Shown: piece by piece, positions 27,620 through 40,626 of the stretch
How positions within the stretch are numbered: the stretch's first letter is position 1
Layout: each line of letters starts with the position of its first letter
Assembly (NCBI GenBank): GCA_030770535.1
Contig: JASVEC010000020.1
Location: 1-64,000 of the forward strand
Length of the DNA: 64,000 bases
Direction: 5' to 3'
DNA from: Batkoa obscura
Taxonomy: Eukaryota
Made by a program: the position numbers and the translations under genes
Notes under the pieces: generated by a model
Databases searched by the model: none
Seen by the model: the letters and a program-made list of their open reading frames with translations, nothing else
What the model was told of the DNA's origin: nothing

Positions 27620-29245
27620 CTCAATATTGGTATAAAATTGATAACAAAAATAAAAGTAAATGAGATTAGGAATCTTCTAGATTATATATTACTACTCTAA
27701 GCAAATAATATGTCTGACCAATCAGGTTAAAACTTAAAAGTAAGAAACTCTGATAAATGATTTGTTAATTTGAATTCAAATGCTCATGATTGAAAATTAT
27801 TAGTGAAAGTTCCTTTTATTTGATTAAAAACTCATAAGTGTAGCTGATTGGCTAACTGTAATTCAAACAATTCGATCATTTTTATACTTGAGATAACATT
27901 TGATGCTTTTAAGGGTTGAAAAAAAATAAAGTTAGATAATATAATATAGTTTAACTTAAAAGCATTTCTTTTTGATAATGAATCTGCTATACTAGCTAGT
28001 TTCTAACTATTATTATTATTACGAGTTGTTTTTATATAGAGTCATTACAAAAAAACATTTATTAATTTTATTTTAATTTTCAAAATCATAGTTAAAGACA
28101 GCCGAAAAATAAGTTAATATTATATGATAAAATTACAAAAACGGGCTATTTTGGATTTATACAAGGACTATTCAAATGTTTGTAATAGTAAAATGTGTAA
28201 TTTTATAGAAATAATTGAAAAACTTTCAAATACCAAGGTAAATTTTGATTTTTTTTTTTTTATGATTTTTTTAAAGTGATCTGATCTTTTTAATTTATGT
28301 AAAAAATAGACAATAGACTACAGTAGCAATTTCAAAATCTTTAAAGAACTATTTTTGATATAAACTGTTTGATTTAATTTTCATTATAAAAAATTATTAG
28401 TTAATTTCACAATCACTAATATAAGACATTAACTACTTTATTATTAATTTATAATAACTGTTCAAAATATTAAACGTTAATGGTATAGTGGAGAACTATT
28501 TAACTATATTAGTTAGGTCAATAATATTTATTCGATTGTAATTTATTTCTTCTAGTGATTATGCCTAATTTTACAAAAATTGGTTTTGTAATTGCAGTTG
28601 ATTGCATTTGCAGCTTGAGTCACAAAAAAAGGTCAGATTACTTTAGAAAAGCCCTAATAACATCCTTGATTTTCGAAATTTCATACATGACTTATATAAG
28701 CGATTGCATGAGATGAAGTCAACTGTCATTATTTATGCTATACGTGTCAGTTTTGAAAACTATCATGTTTATGATATTTTTCATTTTTGTTTTTTGTAAC
28801 TTTAGTCGAAAAACCTTTTCTTCGGAAGCTTAAACTGCAATGAAAATAAACAAATGAATACATATAATAGTTTGTATTTAACAGTGGAGTAGGTTCTTTT
28901 ATTACTATCTATTATTAGTGTTAAACGTAAATATCAAAAAATGTGTTTAATCTTAAATTTCAGATTAATTTGTGTAAATACTAGTGAGCAAATTAGAGAC
29001 AGTTCGATCATCATAAAAGTATATTTATATTACGTAATGTTTATCTTTATTTGAATTTCGGTATTCGTGTTTGGTCAATTACTATAGCATCATGTAGTAG
29101 CATATATAAGCATCAAAGTAATAGGTACTAACTTATAAATCAAATGCTTCTTTTGGTTTCATCATAATTTAACTTTCCAATTAAATAATAATATGTAAAT
29201 ATAAAAAAAACAAGCAAGTTATTGTATATCTTTATATATTTTATC

Positions 29246-29609
29246 TCACATAAAAATACGATTAAGTGGTTTTTCATATTTTAAATATGAATTTGTTCCG
29301 AATTCTTTAGGAGCAATAGGTTCAGCCTTAATAAAATAAATAAAAGTTAAACAAATAAAAATATAGTTTTACTGTTTGACCACGTCTGGTTCCAGTCAAA
29401 CGTTCATCTCTATCTTGCATTCTATTATCCCAAATATCCATATTATAGCGTGGGTACTAAATCTGTTCAAATAAATTCTCAAAATAATTTAACAAACTTA
29501 CCTTTCCTTCATTTTTATACTTTTGTGCAAGATAAAGGCCTCCTGAAGTTGCTCCAAACATAGCGGAGATGATTGCTAATGGCATTAACGCACCGAAATG
29601 TACTGGCAT
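29246..29609 (-). CDS. NDUFA1: Complex I MWFE (NDUFA1) subunit, 2 introns; absent from the ORF track
   Basis: Spliced MPVHFGALMPLAIISAMFG..NEGK|YPRYNMDIWDNRMQDRDERLTGTRRGQT|AEPIAPKEFGTNS. Confidence 0.88.
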
Positions 29610-29699
29610 CTTTAACTAGTTTAAATTCTAAACAAAAAATAAATTTAGTGTTTATCCAAAATATAATTTTAATTGATAGTAGATTAGATCCTAAATATA

Positions 29700-29720
29700 A
29701 TTGGTTAAAGGCAACCAATC
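29700..29720. promoter_or_regulatory. Inverted pair of CCAAT boxes in a ~170-bp bidirectional promoter
   Basis: ATTGGTT..AACCAATC between divergent starts at 29609 and 29780; ATTGG/CCAAT recurs upstream of many genes in the window. Confidence 0.5.
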
Positions 29721-29779
29721 AAATGTGATTTAAGATAGTGAAAAGCTCAAGGTTTGATAGTAGTAATACCTTTTCAAAT

Positions 29780-30903
29780 ATGAGTTCAATTCAAAGTTTG
29801 TTGGATAAAATTAAGGAAAAAGAAGATGAAAAATTAAATAACTGGAAAAAGAGGATTGAAAAGAATAAAGAGGTATATAATAAAAATATACAAAAAGACA
29901 AGGATATTAATTCGAGTAGATTTGCGAGAGTAAAAAAACAATTTATTCAAGATATCAGGCTTTATTGAAATTAGTAAACACAGAACTTAACAAAAAAGAA
30001 ATACAAAATAAAGAGGTGCTTAAGATATTAATAATGTTTTAACGTAGTAATGAATTTTCGATAGGTTTTTTATAACAATATATCAAAGACCATTTCACTC
30101 AATAATCAAAGTAGTTTATCATTAAACAGTATAGAATTAGATTTTATAAAATATGAGGAAGTTAAAGAATTGACAGAGCTAATAGAGTTGAACTTAAAAG
30201 ATAGTGTTATTAAACTTACGAAGTATTATTTTGGGAAGAGTTCAAACGAAGAGCTTTTAAGTAAGCAATTTGCTTATAATTTTTTTATTAACAATAATAG
30301 GGAATAAAAATAACGAAGAATGGCTAAAGAAAGGGTTCGAATTGCCGAAATTAATCAAAAACAAGACTAGAGATGAATTAAAACAAAAAGAAGAAGAATA
30401 TTTTGATAGTATTAAGTTATTATTAATAGTAAGATTAATTTTGTTTATATATATATATTAAACTTTATGCAGTTAATTAAAGAAAATATCGAAACCATAA
30501 TCGAGCTAATAGTAAACTACAAAGTCAAAGGTATAAATAATTATTCGAAATCCCATTCAAATTATCTATTGTCTTTTTTAACCTCAATATTGCTTAAATT
30601 TCAGTAAGCTTAATAGTTTATTTAACATATTATCGTTTTAATATGTCTTTATTTAGATTAGTAAAATATCAAATACTTTTAAGTGTATACAATGATGATC
30701 AAATCAATAGTTTAAAAGAATATCAAACTAAATTAATAGAGAATTACAATCTGACTAAAGTTAAAATTAATCGATATCAAAAAGAGTTAAATGGTTATAA
30801 AAGTTTAGGCAATGAATTTCATCATTTAGTAACTGTATATTCGGATATATTAACTAAGATTGAAACAATATCAAACGATATAAAGAGACTAAAACAAGAA
30901 TAA
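29780..30903 (+). CDS. Coiled-coil protein, augmin HAUS4-like, multi-intron
   Basis: C-terminal LNGYKSLGNEFHHLVTVYSDIL resembles the HAUS4 C-terminus. Confidence 0.55.
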
Positions 30904-31445
30904 AGAGATTGTTCAGTTATATTTATTAGAATATTTAAATTCGTGAAATAAAGCCAATTGTATTGTAAACTTATCAGATTAATCTAGCTTAGTTTCCGCT
31001 TATAAAATGTTTAGTAGTCGCTTTTTCTGGCTAAATAATAAAGCTACTATTTTCAAAGTAATGTTATTTTTATTTTGTGCTTTAATTAGTAAAGGTGTTG
31101 ATTATTTCATTTTTAAATTTATTATATATTGGTATTTAATTGATTTTTTTCAATAAATTTCATTTCTTAGTGTTTACTATATCATAGTGTTACATTACAT
31201 TTTATGCTTAAAAATACAACTAATTTCAACAAATCAAATTTAAAGAATACTTTGTTACATCAATGTTAACCATTTAATTGGTTAAATCTTTAATCATTTA
31301 CTAAATAGCAGTAGCTTGATGGATGAGTAAAAATATACTGACAAATTGAATTCTACATGAACATCAAATTAAAGACTTCCTTTTCTTATACCTTCAGCGG
31401 TATCATATACACTTTCTTTCCACTTTAAACTTTTAATTATATAAA

Positions 31446-32196
31446 ATGTCCAAACGTGGTATGTATTTTTTTTGATTTGATATTAGCGAAGAAATAGATT
31501 CATCACAAGCCAACTGAGTATATAACATAAAATGGATTGAACTATAGAGACAATATAACATAATAAAATAGATATAACTATAACCAATTAATATAAGAAT
31601 ACAAAATTGTGATGGATGTAGACCATCAAATAATGAATTTACGACAAACTTTTAAAAACAATACTAAATGTTTATTTTTTTTTAATCTTAATTAGGTCGT
31701 GGAGGAGGTAATTTAATTTTAGCATTTTTAATATAAAGACTAACTCTTCTAGCTGCCGGTAACAAATTCCGTATGGCACTTGGTCTACCAGTTGCTGCAA
31801 CTATCAATTGTGCTGATAACTCAGGCGCCAAAAATCTTTACATCATTTCCGTTTATGGAATTGGTGGTGTTTTAAACAGACTCCCATCAGCTGGTGTAGG
31901 AGATATGGTCCTTGCCACCGTAAAGAAAGGTAAACCAGATCTTCGTAAAAAAGGTAATATACTTTAAATTTAAGTTGCTTTTTTTTAAAATAAATTAAGT
32001 ACTCCCTGCCGTTGTCATCCGTCAACGTAAATCATGGCGTCGTCGTGATGGTGTCTATCTTTATTTCGAAGATAACGCCGGTGTTATTGTAAATGCCAAA
32101 GGAGAAATGAAAGGTTCAGCCATCACTGGACCAGTCGGTAAAGAATGCGCCGATTTATGGCCCCGTATTGCCTCTGCCTCAGGAACTGTTGTTTAA
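31446..32196 (+). CDS. RPL23: 60S ribosomal protein uL14 (L23), 3 introns, including a 12-nt microexon at 31696-31707
   Basis: [53 protein letters not shown]. Confidence 0.97.
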
Positions 32197-32776
32197 ATAG
32201 GAAAAAAGGCTAACCATAATAAACTCAACAAAATGAATATTTAAGAACATGCGAACTAAATATTAAAAGTATAATTTATGAAAGTTTATTTTTGTATTAG
32301 ATTAAAAACCAGGTAAATATAAGAATTCTTTTATTAATCTTTGAAGCAATAAAGGGATGCGTAAATGATATTATATATGATAACTGACATAAAAGCAAAT
32401 TAAACAGAATTCTAGATAGTTTTATTAAAGTATAATTGAGGATATTATATTTATAAAAACACCATTTTATAAAATTTGCTATAGATTGCAATGCTTTATC
32501 AACTTATATTATAATTTAAAATAAACATTCTTTGTTTAAATTTTGCTTATATTTATGTTTTATTTGACTACTAATTTTTAATTCAATTGTAAATGAATTT
32601 ATAAGATATTATGTAATGGAAGAACAATCTTTAGAGCATATTTTAAGCTACTGTAACTGTAAAATAATAGACATTAAATTAAAAATCAATATTTACTTAT
32701 ACGAACTATCTTTTGCAAAAAAACAAAATTATAAATTTTAAAAAAGCTAAAACAGCTTATTTATTTTTATGCAATT

Positions 32777-33459
32777 ATGACAACAATACGTCCTTTTAGT
32801 TGTGATGATCTTTTTAAATTTAATAATATGTAATTGACAATACAATCCTATTAATTTGTACTAAGCTATTTTGACTAGAAATTTAGACTCATTAACTGAA
32901 ACTGTAAACATTAAATAACTCTTTTAATATTTTAATTAAATTGTTTTTATTTAGTACAACATTTCTTTTTATCTAACCTATTTAGCACAATGGCCCGATT
33001 TATTTTATGTCTCAGAATCTCCAAATAATAATCTTATGGGCTATAGTATGTCAATGTTTTTTTCGATGTATCTATATTAATAACTTTTAAGTGATGGGCA
33101 AAGCAGAAGGTAGAGGAATCAACTGGCATGGCCATGTGACAGCAATTACAGTAGCACCGCAATATCGTCGTTTAGGTTTAGCCAAGTTAATGATGGATCA
33201 ATTAGAGGAGATCTCCGATAAGATTTATAAAGGATATTTTGTTGACTTGTTTGTACGAGCTTCAAACGCTGTCGCTATTGGAATGTATAAACAGCTAGGC
33301 TATTCTATTTATCGTACAGTAATAGGGTATTATACCGGCGGTGGAACTATTGATTCTCCTGCTGAAGATGCGTATGATATGCGGAAAGCCCTTTCTAGAG
33401 ATACTCATAAAGAAAGTGTGGTTCCTTTAGGACGACCAATATATCCTCACGAACTTTAA
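32777..33459 (+). CDS. NAT3: NatB catalytic subunit (NAA20), 3 introns
   Basis: MTTIRPFSCDDLFKFNN..NLDSLTET|Y..MGKAEG..WHGHVTA..VDLFVRASN..EDAYDMRK. Confidence 0.95.
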
Positions 33460-33671
33460 TTTTTTAAAGCACAAGCATAACAAAATAATAAAAATACCAT
33501 CTGTTAAAGTTAAAGGTTAATAAAGCTATTCGAACTTAATGTATATTTAAAAATTACTCAAACAAAAAATATCTTGAATTGTTATATTGTTTTTTCTGAG
33601 CTTTATTTAAATGTTTAAATGCATTTTAAATTAGTAAATTTATTATTATGGTTAGTAGTAGATACATAATT

Positions 33672-35268
33672 TCATAATATCCCAAAAGAATTAGCTACTT
33701 TAAAAAATAAATAGGATAATATTGTCATAAATAAAAAATAATAATAAAACATCGATAATGACTTAAAGAATTGACCAGGCACAATAACATTAATGCCCAT
33801 CAATGTAGAAACGAAAGTAAGCGGAATTCCAGACCAAGCCCAACCTTATAAAATTAATTTTAATATAAAAAATAGTAATAGGGATTATTATAGCACTTAC
33901 CAGATAATTTAGCCAATTCATTTGTTTGCTGCATTGAAGAATAAACTAGGGCTAATTCGGAGTTTGCTTTTTGAAGGCTTGAACATCTCTCTAAAAGCCT
34001 ATTTAAAAGCTCATTTGAAATTTGTAGGCTATGGGTTTGGTGTAGAAAATTCATTGTCAATGTGTTAAATTCATTTAAATTAAATGCATCTAATTTAAAT
34101 GCAGGCTCATCAAATGGAGAGCAAGATCGTGGTGTATTGCTCCTTGATGATATATATTTATTCTTCCTTTTAAAAAGCTCAAAATAAGAACTCTTCTGTG
34201 ATGAACTAAGTGTTATATTGTTATGTAACCCGTTATGATTAGAAATAAAGTTGTACAGACTTTTAAACGCTCCAGGTTTATTTATAAATAGTTCATCATA
34301 AGCTACTATGATTTGTCGCAATTGATCCAGACGAACAGGTAAATTTGATTTATTGCTTAAATGTGAGCCATTATAATAAGGTTGTAAATTATTTCTTCCT
34401 TCTCCAACTAAATAAAAGTTATCTATTTTATACACCTCTCTTTCAATTAATCTAAACTCTTTTTCCATATATTCATTTAAATTGTTTATTAATTTCAAAT
34501 GAACTAAATCTATTTTGTCTTTTTTGTTTGGTCTTTTAATTAAATTATTGATATCATTTTCTCCATAATGAAAGCATAATATAAAATTCTTGAATACTAT
34601 ATTATATATTTTTCCATGATCATAATCGCCTATATCTTCTCCCAGAGTTTGTTCTGAATATTCATCCTGTTGCTCCAACAAAAGCTTAAAATACTCACTA
34701 TCCTTTTTTCGAAACTTATACAAAAGTTGATCAACTTCCGTATTTTTAGGTATTGGCTTTAACTTTAACTCCATAGTTGTGTATGAAAAAAAATAATATC
34801 CATTAAATATGTCCACTTTTTCATTGTTCTCTTTAAGTAAAATGTCTTCGATTGTCAAATCATGTAATGTCAATATCTATAATAAGATTAACATAAAGTA
34901 AATAAGTTAGACTAATGAATTTACTTTGCCAAATTTTTGAATAATTTCTTCCATTGGGTTATAAAAATAGACAATAAACTTTTCCCTTTCGCTGCTAATT
35001 TCTCTGTTCATAAACCACTCCTCGATTAACTCTCTGACATCTAAATACACCAGCTTTTCACTTTCCGAATACAGATAATATTTGTCTTGTTTATGGATAG
35101 GCAATAAATACTATTGAAAATCAGCTTTTATTCAAATTTTATAATTTATAAATTTACTTTAGATTGAATTCTATGTGCTAATAGTGGCTCCCTTTCATCT
35201 AACCTATCTTTTTTATTGTACTTTTGTCCAAATACATCTTGGAGTGTATTATAATTATTTTTATTCAT
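33672..35268 (-). CDS. CorA/Alr1-like divalent-metal transporter with GIN signature, 3 introns
   Basis: Long soluble N-terminus; spliced last exon gives TNELAKLS|GWAWSGIPLTFVSTLMGINVIVPG followed by a second TM helix. Confidence 0.65.
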
Positions 35269-35780
35269 TATAAAACAAAAATCTCAGATTATTTTACTTT
35301 ATTTTTATGTAAGGAATTTTGTTACATGTTATTTTATTGGCTACTTATATAAATTATAGCCAAGGAAGCTCTAATTAGCAGTCTATCATTAAATTTAAAC
35401 AAACTAAAGTAATAATTACGGCACTACTTAAACCATATTACAATATGTAACAACATAATATTACATTATATTTTATTCCATTCAATAAATCTGAGTTGTT
35501 TATTTAGGATAAGGTTTCATTTTCAATCCACTATTACATAAAATAAATACCAATATTTCTAAATAAGAACAATAAAAATAAAATAAACAATAAAAATAAC
35601 AAAATCACTTATGAAATTAGAAAGCTTTACATGTAAATAATTATTTTTATCTTATTAGATTTAAATACTGTTATTTAAAAAGTAAATAATTTGAATCTCG
35701 TCAAAATTATTTGTTTTTTTGAGGTTATTTTATTTTATTTATTATTTTTATTATTTATGGATTATTTTTATTAAAAACTA

Positions 35781-35885
35781 TATATACATGTTCTTTTTAA
35801 TTTCATCACCTTTTCCATTTTTTAAATACTATTTGAGTAAAATAAGTGTTAGTAAAATTCTTAAACAAAAAATAGATTCCCATAT
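35781..35885. mobile_element. Degenerate MITE-like copy
   Basis: TTTTCCATTTTTTAAATACTATTTGAG..GTTAGTAAAATTCTTAAAC..TCCCATAT. Confidence 0.7.
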
Positions 35886-36075
35886 CAATCTTTTAAAGTA
35901 TCATAATTAAATAACAATAAATATTTATATTTAATATTTAAGAATTAGACGACAAATGTTTTAAACATGTCATTTTTAATAAGCCAATACAAAATAAAAA
36001 ATTTTATTTCATAATAATTTATTTAATGAATATAAATAGATTAATAATAACTTATTGCTAGATAAAATAGTGTTC

Positions 36076-37128
36076 TTATTCTACTTTACCTTCAGACATT
36101 AATTCTGGATTCGGTTTAGCATCTGAAGATTTAAATTCAGGTGAATTTGGTACAGGTTTTAATGGTGGCTCTGCTTTGTCGCTAGGTGGTGGTGACGATT
36201 CACTACTGAGTGTTGGTGGCGGTAAAGTTTGAGTTATTGAACTTGGTTCTTTTTTATGCTCAATAGTTGTAGGTTGTGTAACTTCACTTTTTACTTCAGT
36301 AGAAGTAGGTTGTGTAACTTCACTTTTTACTTCAGTAGAAGTAGGTTGTGTAACTTCACTTTTTACTTCAGTAGAAGTAGGTTGTGTAACTTCACTTTTT
36401 ACTTCAGTAGAAGTAGGTTGTGTAACTTCACTTTTTACTTCGGCAGAGGTAGGTTGTCCAGCCTCACTTTTTATTTCGGGAGGTGGAGATTGAGTTGTTT
36501 CATTTTTTACTTCAGGAGGTGGAGATTGGGTTGTTTCATTTTTTACTTCAACAGAGGTAGGCTGCGCTGAAGTTGGCTGGGCGGTTTCCTCTTTTGGTTG
36601 AGTAGGAGAAGCTTGGGGTGATTCCAAAGGTGGAGTATAATTAACTGTTGGTTGAGATGAAGCAGGAGAAGCACTAGTACTAGCTACTGCGTCTCCCTTG
36701 CCTTCTTCTACTTTTGGAAAATTTGTTGCTTGTGTAGTATTTGCTTCGACTGGAGTAGAAGCATTGATGCTGTTTACTTTGCTTATTATAGTATTTGATG
36801 CATTTGATACTACTGGGGCGGGAGTAGATGGTATTACTTTTGAAGCACTATTTTCAGATGCTTGAAGAGTACTTTGAGGAACGTTAGCTGAGTTTACTTG
36901 TTTAGCAGGTTCTGTTATTAATGTTGGGGTACTTGCTGGTACTATAGCTGATACAGATAATGCGGAGGTTGTTGGTGCTAGTGAAGATATTGGTAACCCT
37001 TTTGCATCAAAACCAACAGTAAACTTCTCTGGATGCCACATACCATCATCAAAACTTAAACAATGTTTGAAATGGATTATAGTAATCAACAAATTAATTA
37101 TAATCGATGAATTATGAATAAATTTCAT
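36076..37128 (-). CDS. Secreted Ser/Thr/Pro/Glu-rich mucin-like surface protein
   Basis: Signal peptide, low-complexity body, 12-aa repeats QPTSTEVKSEVT. Confidence 0.8.
   Translation of the reverse strand: MKFIHNSSIIINLLITIIHFKHCLSFDDGMWHPEKFTVGFDAKGLPISSLAPTTSALSVSAIVPASTPTLITEPAKQVNSANVPQSTLQASENSASKVIPSTPAPVVSNASNTIISKVNSINASTPVEANTTQATNFPKVEEGKGDAVASTSASPASSQPTVNYTPPLESPQASPTQPKEETAQPTSAQPTSVEVKNETTQSPPPEVKNETTQSPPPEIKSEAGQPTSAEVKSEVTQPTSTEVKSEVTQPTSTEVKSEVTQPTSTEVKSEVTQPTSTEVKSEVTQPTTIEHKKEPSSITQTLPPPTLSSESSPPPSDKAEPPLKPVPNSPEFKSSDAKPNPELMSEGKVE
36270..36460. repeat. 36-bp coding minisatellite, about 5 units
   Basis: ACTTCACTTTTTACTTCAGTAGAAGTAGGTTGTGTA in tandem. Confidence 0.92.
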
Positions 37129-38148
37129 TGTATAGCAGATGTATTTTATTATAAATTTGCGAAACTTAAATTGAAGTTCAAAGTAAAAATTGCTTATATT
37201 TATATTATTCCTTTATTTCAATATGTTGTTTTTAGTTTCCTCAATCGCTTGATCACTAACATATTTAGTTTGGATTCTATATTTTAATTTCATTCGAGTT
37301 ATACTGTTGTTACAAATTATATTGCATCATTAAATTTAACTGTAAAACTTAAACTTTTTATACTACTATTAAATAAAGAAATAGTATAGAAATTCCTATA
37401 TTTGGATAAAAATGCAAGACTTGATACATCAAATTAATATTATTAATCAAAAAATCAAAATGAGTAAAAGAGTCATAATCAATATTTAAAAAAGACCTTT
37501 GCTGGCATTTGGTAAGATTTAATTATTAAAAATTAAGATAGTGAAAGTAATTATGATAACAAATTGCTCTAATATATAAATATATTGTAAAGTATAACGT
37601 AAATACAATACAATATTATATATATTTTAAAAATGAATAGCTGTTTTAAAAAGCTGCGGTTTGTTTATGGGTTTTAAATAACAACTTATTTTTAACATTT
37701 GAATTCTTTAGAATATAAATTTAAATAATTAAGATAGTTATTTAAAGGTATTAATTTAAATACAAATAATACTTTAGTGATGTATAGTTTAAGGATAAGC
37801 CTTTTGACTCAATAATTTTCCTTTATAATACACTTTTTTTAATACATATGAAAACTAGTAGTAAAATAATAAGTTTATAAACCTCACAGTACTTTATTTT
37901 AACTTAAACATCTTATTTATTTTGTAAAGTGTATTATTACTCTTCTATAAAAATTGAAGGGGAAGGAACTTGACAGTTAATGATTGGTAGAAATTGGTAA
38001 AATTGGGATTGATAAATGATTCTAAATAAAAATTCGAAGCTAAGCAAAATAGCATATTGAAATAAATAATTTGGTTCTCCTTTTTAAACTCAATTTAGCC
38101 AAAAAAATTATATTAATAGCACTGATTTTATAATTATCTTTTATTAAA

Positions 38149-40626
38149 ATGATTGAGTTTTATAAATCTGATAAGTTAATTATAGGTTCTTTTGAAGAGG
38201 AGGATAGAGAATTTCTTCTTTCAATTCCATTAATGAAAAACCCAAAATCAAATACAAGGTGGTGCATAACTTCAGAACAAAGTAAAAAGAAAAAGAAGTC
38301 GAAAAACACAGTCAAAATTGAAGAAGTTGAGAGTGATGAAGCTAAGAGTGTCGAAATTAAAGATGAAGCCAAAGATATTGTTGGTGTTAAGGAAGTTGAA
38401 AGTGAAGTCGGAGATAGTATACTAATAAAAAAAGTCGAAAATAAGATAAGGAATAGTGTCAATAATGAAGTAGTAAAAAAGGAAATTGAAAAGCAGGTTA
38501 AAAGTGAAGCCCAAAGAAGTGCTGATAATAAAGAAGTTGATAACAAAGAAGTTGAAAATAAAGCCCAAAATAGTACTAGTAATAAAGTAATCAAAGGTGA
38601 AGTTAAAAGTAATGTTAAAAGTGAGGAGGTTAGAAATGAAGCTAAAAGTGAAGTCAGAAGTAGTGATAATATTAAAGAAGTTGGAAAAGAGATCAGAAAT
38701 AGTAATGAAGCTAAAGAAGTTAAAAGTGAAGAAGCCAAATTAAACCCTAAGTCTGTAAAATTTTCGTTCGCAAACATCGTTTCAAAAAGCGATAAAAGAG
38801 AAGATATTAATAATAAACCAAAAGTAAACGGCAATAAGAATGAGTCAATCCCTAAAAACGATACTGAGAACCCAGTTGATGTAATTAATGCTAAAAAGCA
38901 AAATAATAATTTAGATAAAAAAAGCAATCCTGTTAAAGCAACCAGTAGTAAAGTTAATAACGAGACCAAAGATATCAATAAAGATTCAAAACCAACTAAT
39001 GGTGTAAAAAATGGTATACATAATAAAAACAACGTTTTAGAAAACCAAACAAGGATTGAATCCGAAAATAAACTGCAGAATGGTCAAGGTGTAAATAAGC
39101 CTTTAAAAACTGGACCAAAGGAAATAAATGGAAAAGATATTAAGGGGAAAGATGCTAAAAGAAAGGAAGCTAACGAGAAGGAAACCAACCTAAAGGAAGT
39201 CAACGGAGAAGAAAAAAACGATAAGGGAATAAATGCAAAGGAAATTAACGATAAGGAAGACAATGTAAGTGAAACTAACGAAAAAGAGGCTTCTAGTCCA
39301 AACCAACAAAAGAGTCCAGTTGGCCCTATCAAAAAAGCACCATTTAGTTGGGCAAAAGTAGTATCTAAAACCCCTGATAATAAACAGTCCATTGTTATAT
39401 CAGGAAATACTGTAAAATTTAATGAATCTACTATAGCACCATCAATTCCAAAAGGCTCTATCAATAAAAGAGCACAAAACATAGTTGAGCTTTTTAATGA
39501 TGTTAAAATATTTACTAAAAATTCAACTATTGCTTCACGTGGAATCATAAATCATAATTTACTATGTTATGCTAATTCTACTTTACAAGCTTTATTACAT
39601 TGTCCACCTTTTTTCAATTTGCTACGTATGATAGCACCTGTCGTTAAAGTACCTCAAAATAGTAATACATTAGATGCCCCTATATTAACCGCATTGCTTG
39701 AATTCTATGAAGAATATAAAAACATACCAAAACATGGATACATTGAACCCATTCATCCCTCTTTTATCATTAGTATTGTAAAAAGTTTAGGGGAACGATT
39801 TAAAACTCAAATTGGACAACAAGAAGATGCCCATGAATTTTTAGATATTTTATTGAATGGTTTAGATGAAGAATTTCTTTCAATTTTTAAAAAAGGGGAT
39901 TTTAAAATGAATAGTAAAATATTACAACAAAAAGATATTGTTATTCACATTACTAAAGAAATGAATAGTATGGATATAGAAGAAGATGGAGATGATTGGG
40001 TAGGTGTTGGTGCGAAAAATAAACAATTTATAGATCGTGGTTTTAAAATGGTTAATACTCCAATTACTGCTTTGTTCTCTTGTATTTACAGTAGCACATT
40101 AAAATGTACTGGAGAAAAGCCTAAAGTAAGTCATAATTCATCAATTTATTTGCAATTAGAAATAGAACCATCGCATATTGATTCTGTTGAAGATGCTATT
40201 ATTCATTTACTTGAACCTGAAACAATTGAAGAAAAAGGTTCTATTACAACAACAAAGCAAGTAAGTATTAAAGCCTTACCACCAATACTTGTATTGCAAC
40301 TTAAAAATGTGAATTATGATCCGCTCTATGGTCAAGTTAAAATTAAAAAAGAATTAGATTATCCATTAGTATTAACTATTCCACCTCCAGAAGTATCCTT
40401 AAAAAGTAAATCAATACCACCAACACAATATAAATTAATTTCAGTAATTTATCACCATGGTAATGAAGCTATGGCAGGTCATTATACATGTGATGTAAGA
40501 TATGGCGATGATGCTTGGTTTTATTTCAATGATGAGTTAGTAGAAAAACTTAAACCAGAAAGCGTGGGTACAAGTGAACATACCTATGATGGTTCCCCTT
40601 ATTTATTATTTTATCAAAGGGTTTAA
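38149..40626 (+). CDS. UBP3: Ubiquitin-specific protease, Ubp3/USP10 family
   Basis: Cys box GIINHNLLCYANSTLQAL, QQEDAHEFL, His box HHG..AGHYT, WFYFNDE; long charged N-terminus with FSWAKV motif. Confidence 0.88.
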   Translation: MIEFYKSDKLIIGSFEEEDREFLLSIPLMKNPKSNTRWCITSEQSKKKKKSKNTVKIEEVESDEAKSVEIKDEAKDIVGVKEVESEVGDSILIKKVENKIRNSVNNEVVKKEIEKQVKSEAQRSADNKEVDNKEVENKAQNSTSNKVIKGEVKSNVKSEEVRNEAKSEVRSSDNIKEVGKEIRNSNEAKEVKSEEAKLNPKSVKFSFANIVSKSDKREDINNKPKVNGNKNESIPKNDTENPVDVINAKKQNNNLDKKSNPVKATSSKVNNETKDINKDSKPTNGVKNGIHNKNNVLENQTRIESENKLQNGQGVNKPLKTGPKEINGKDIKGKDAKRKEANEKETNLKEVNGEEKNDKGINAKEINDKEDNVSETNEKEASSPNQQKSPVGPIKKAPFSWAKVVSKTPDNKQSIVISGNTVKFNESTIAPSIPKGSINKRAQNIVELFNDVKIFTKNSTIASRGIINHNLLCYANSTLQALLHCPPFFNLLRMIAPVVKVPQNSNTLDAPILTALLEFYEEYKNIPKHGYIEPIHPSFIISIVKSLGERFKTQIGQQEDAHEFLDILLNGLDEEFLSIFKKGDFKMNSKILQQKDIVIHITKEMNSMDIEEDGDDWVGVGAKNKQFIDRGFKMVNTPITALFSCIYSSTLKCTGEKPKVSHNSSIYLQLEIEPSHIDSVEDAIIHLLEPETIEEKGSITTTKQVSIKALPPILVLQLKNVNYDPLYGQVKIKKELDYPLVLTIPPPEVSLKSKSIPPTQYKLISVIYHHGNEAMAGHYTCDVRYGDDAWFYFNDELVEKLKPESVGTSEHTYDGSPYLLFYQRV

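Noticed and set aside
28591..28841. ATTGCAGTT / AACTGCAAT 9-bp inverted repeat around 250 bp
   Set aside because: Single copy, no TSD, plausibly chance
36270..36460. CRISPR-like 36-bp repeats
   Set aside because: No spacers; it is a coding minisatellite in a eukaryote
38160..39548. Long antisense ORFs (also 55460-55981, 21879-22220, 41388-41702, 36256-36570)
   Set aside because: Shadows or alternative frames of low-complexity coding sequence
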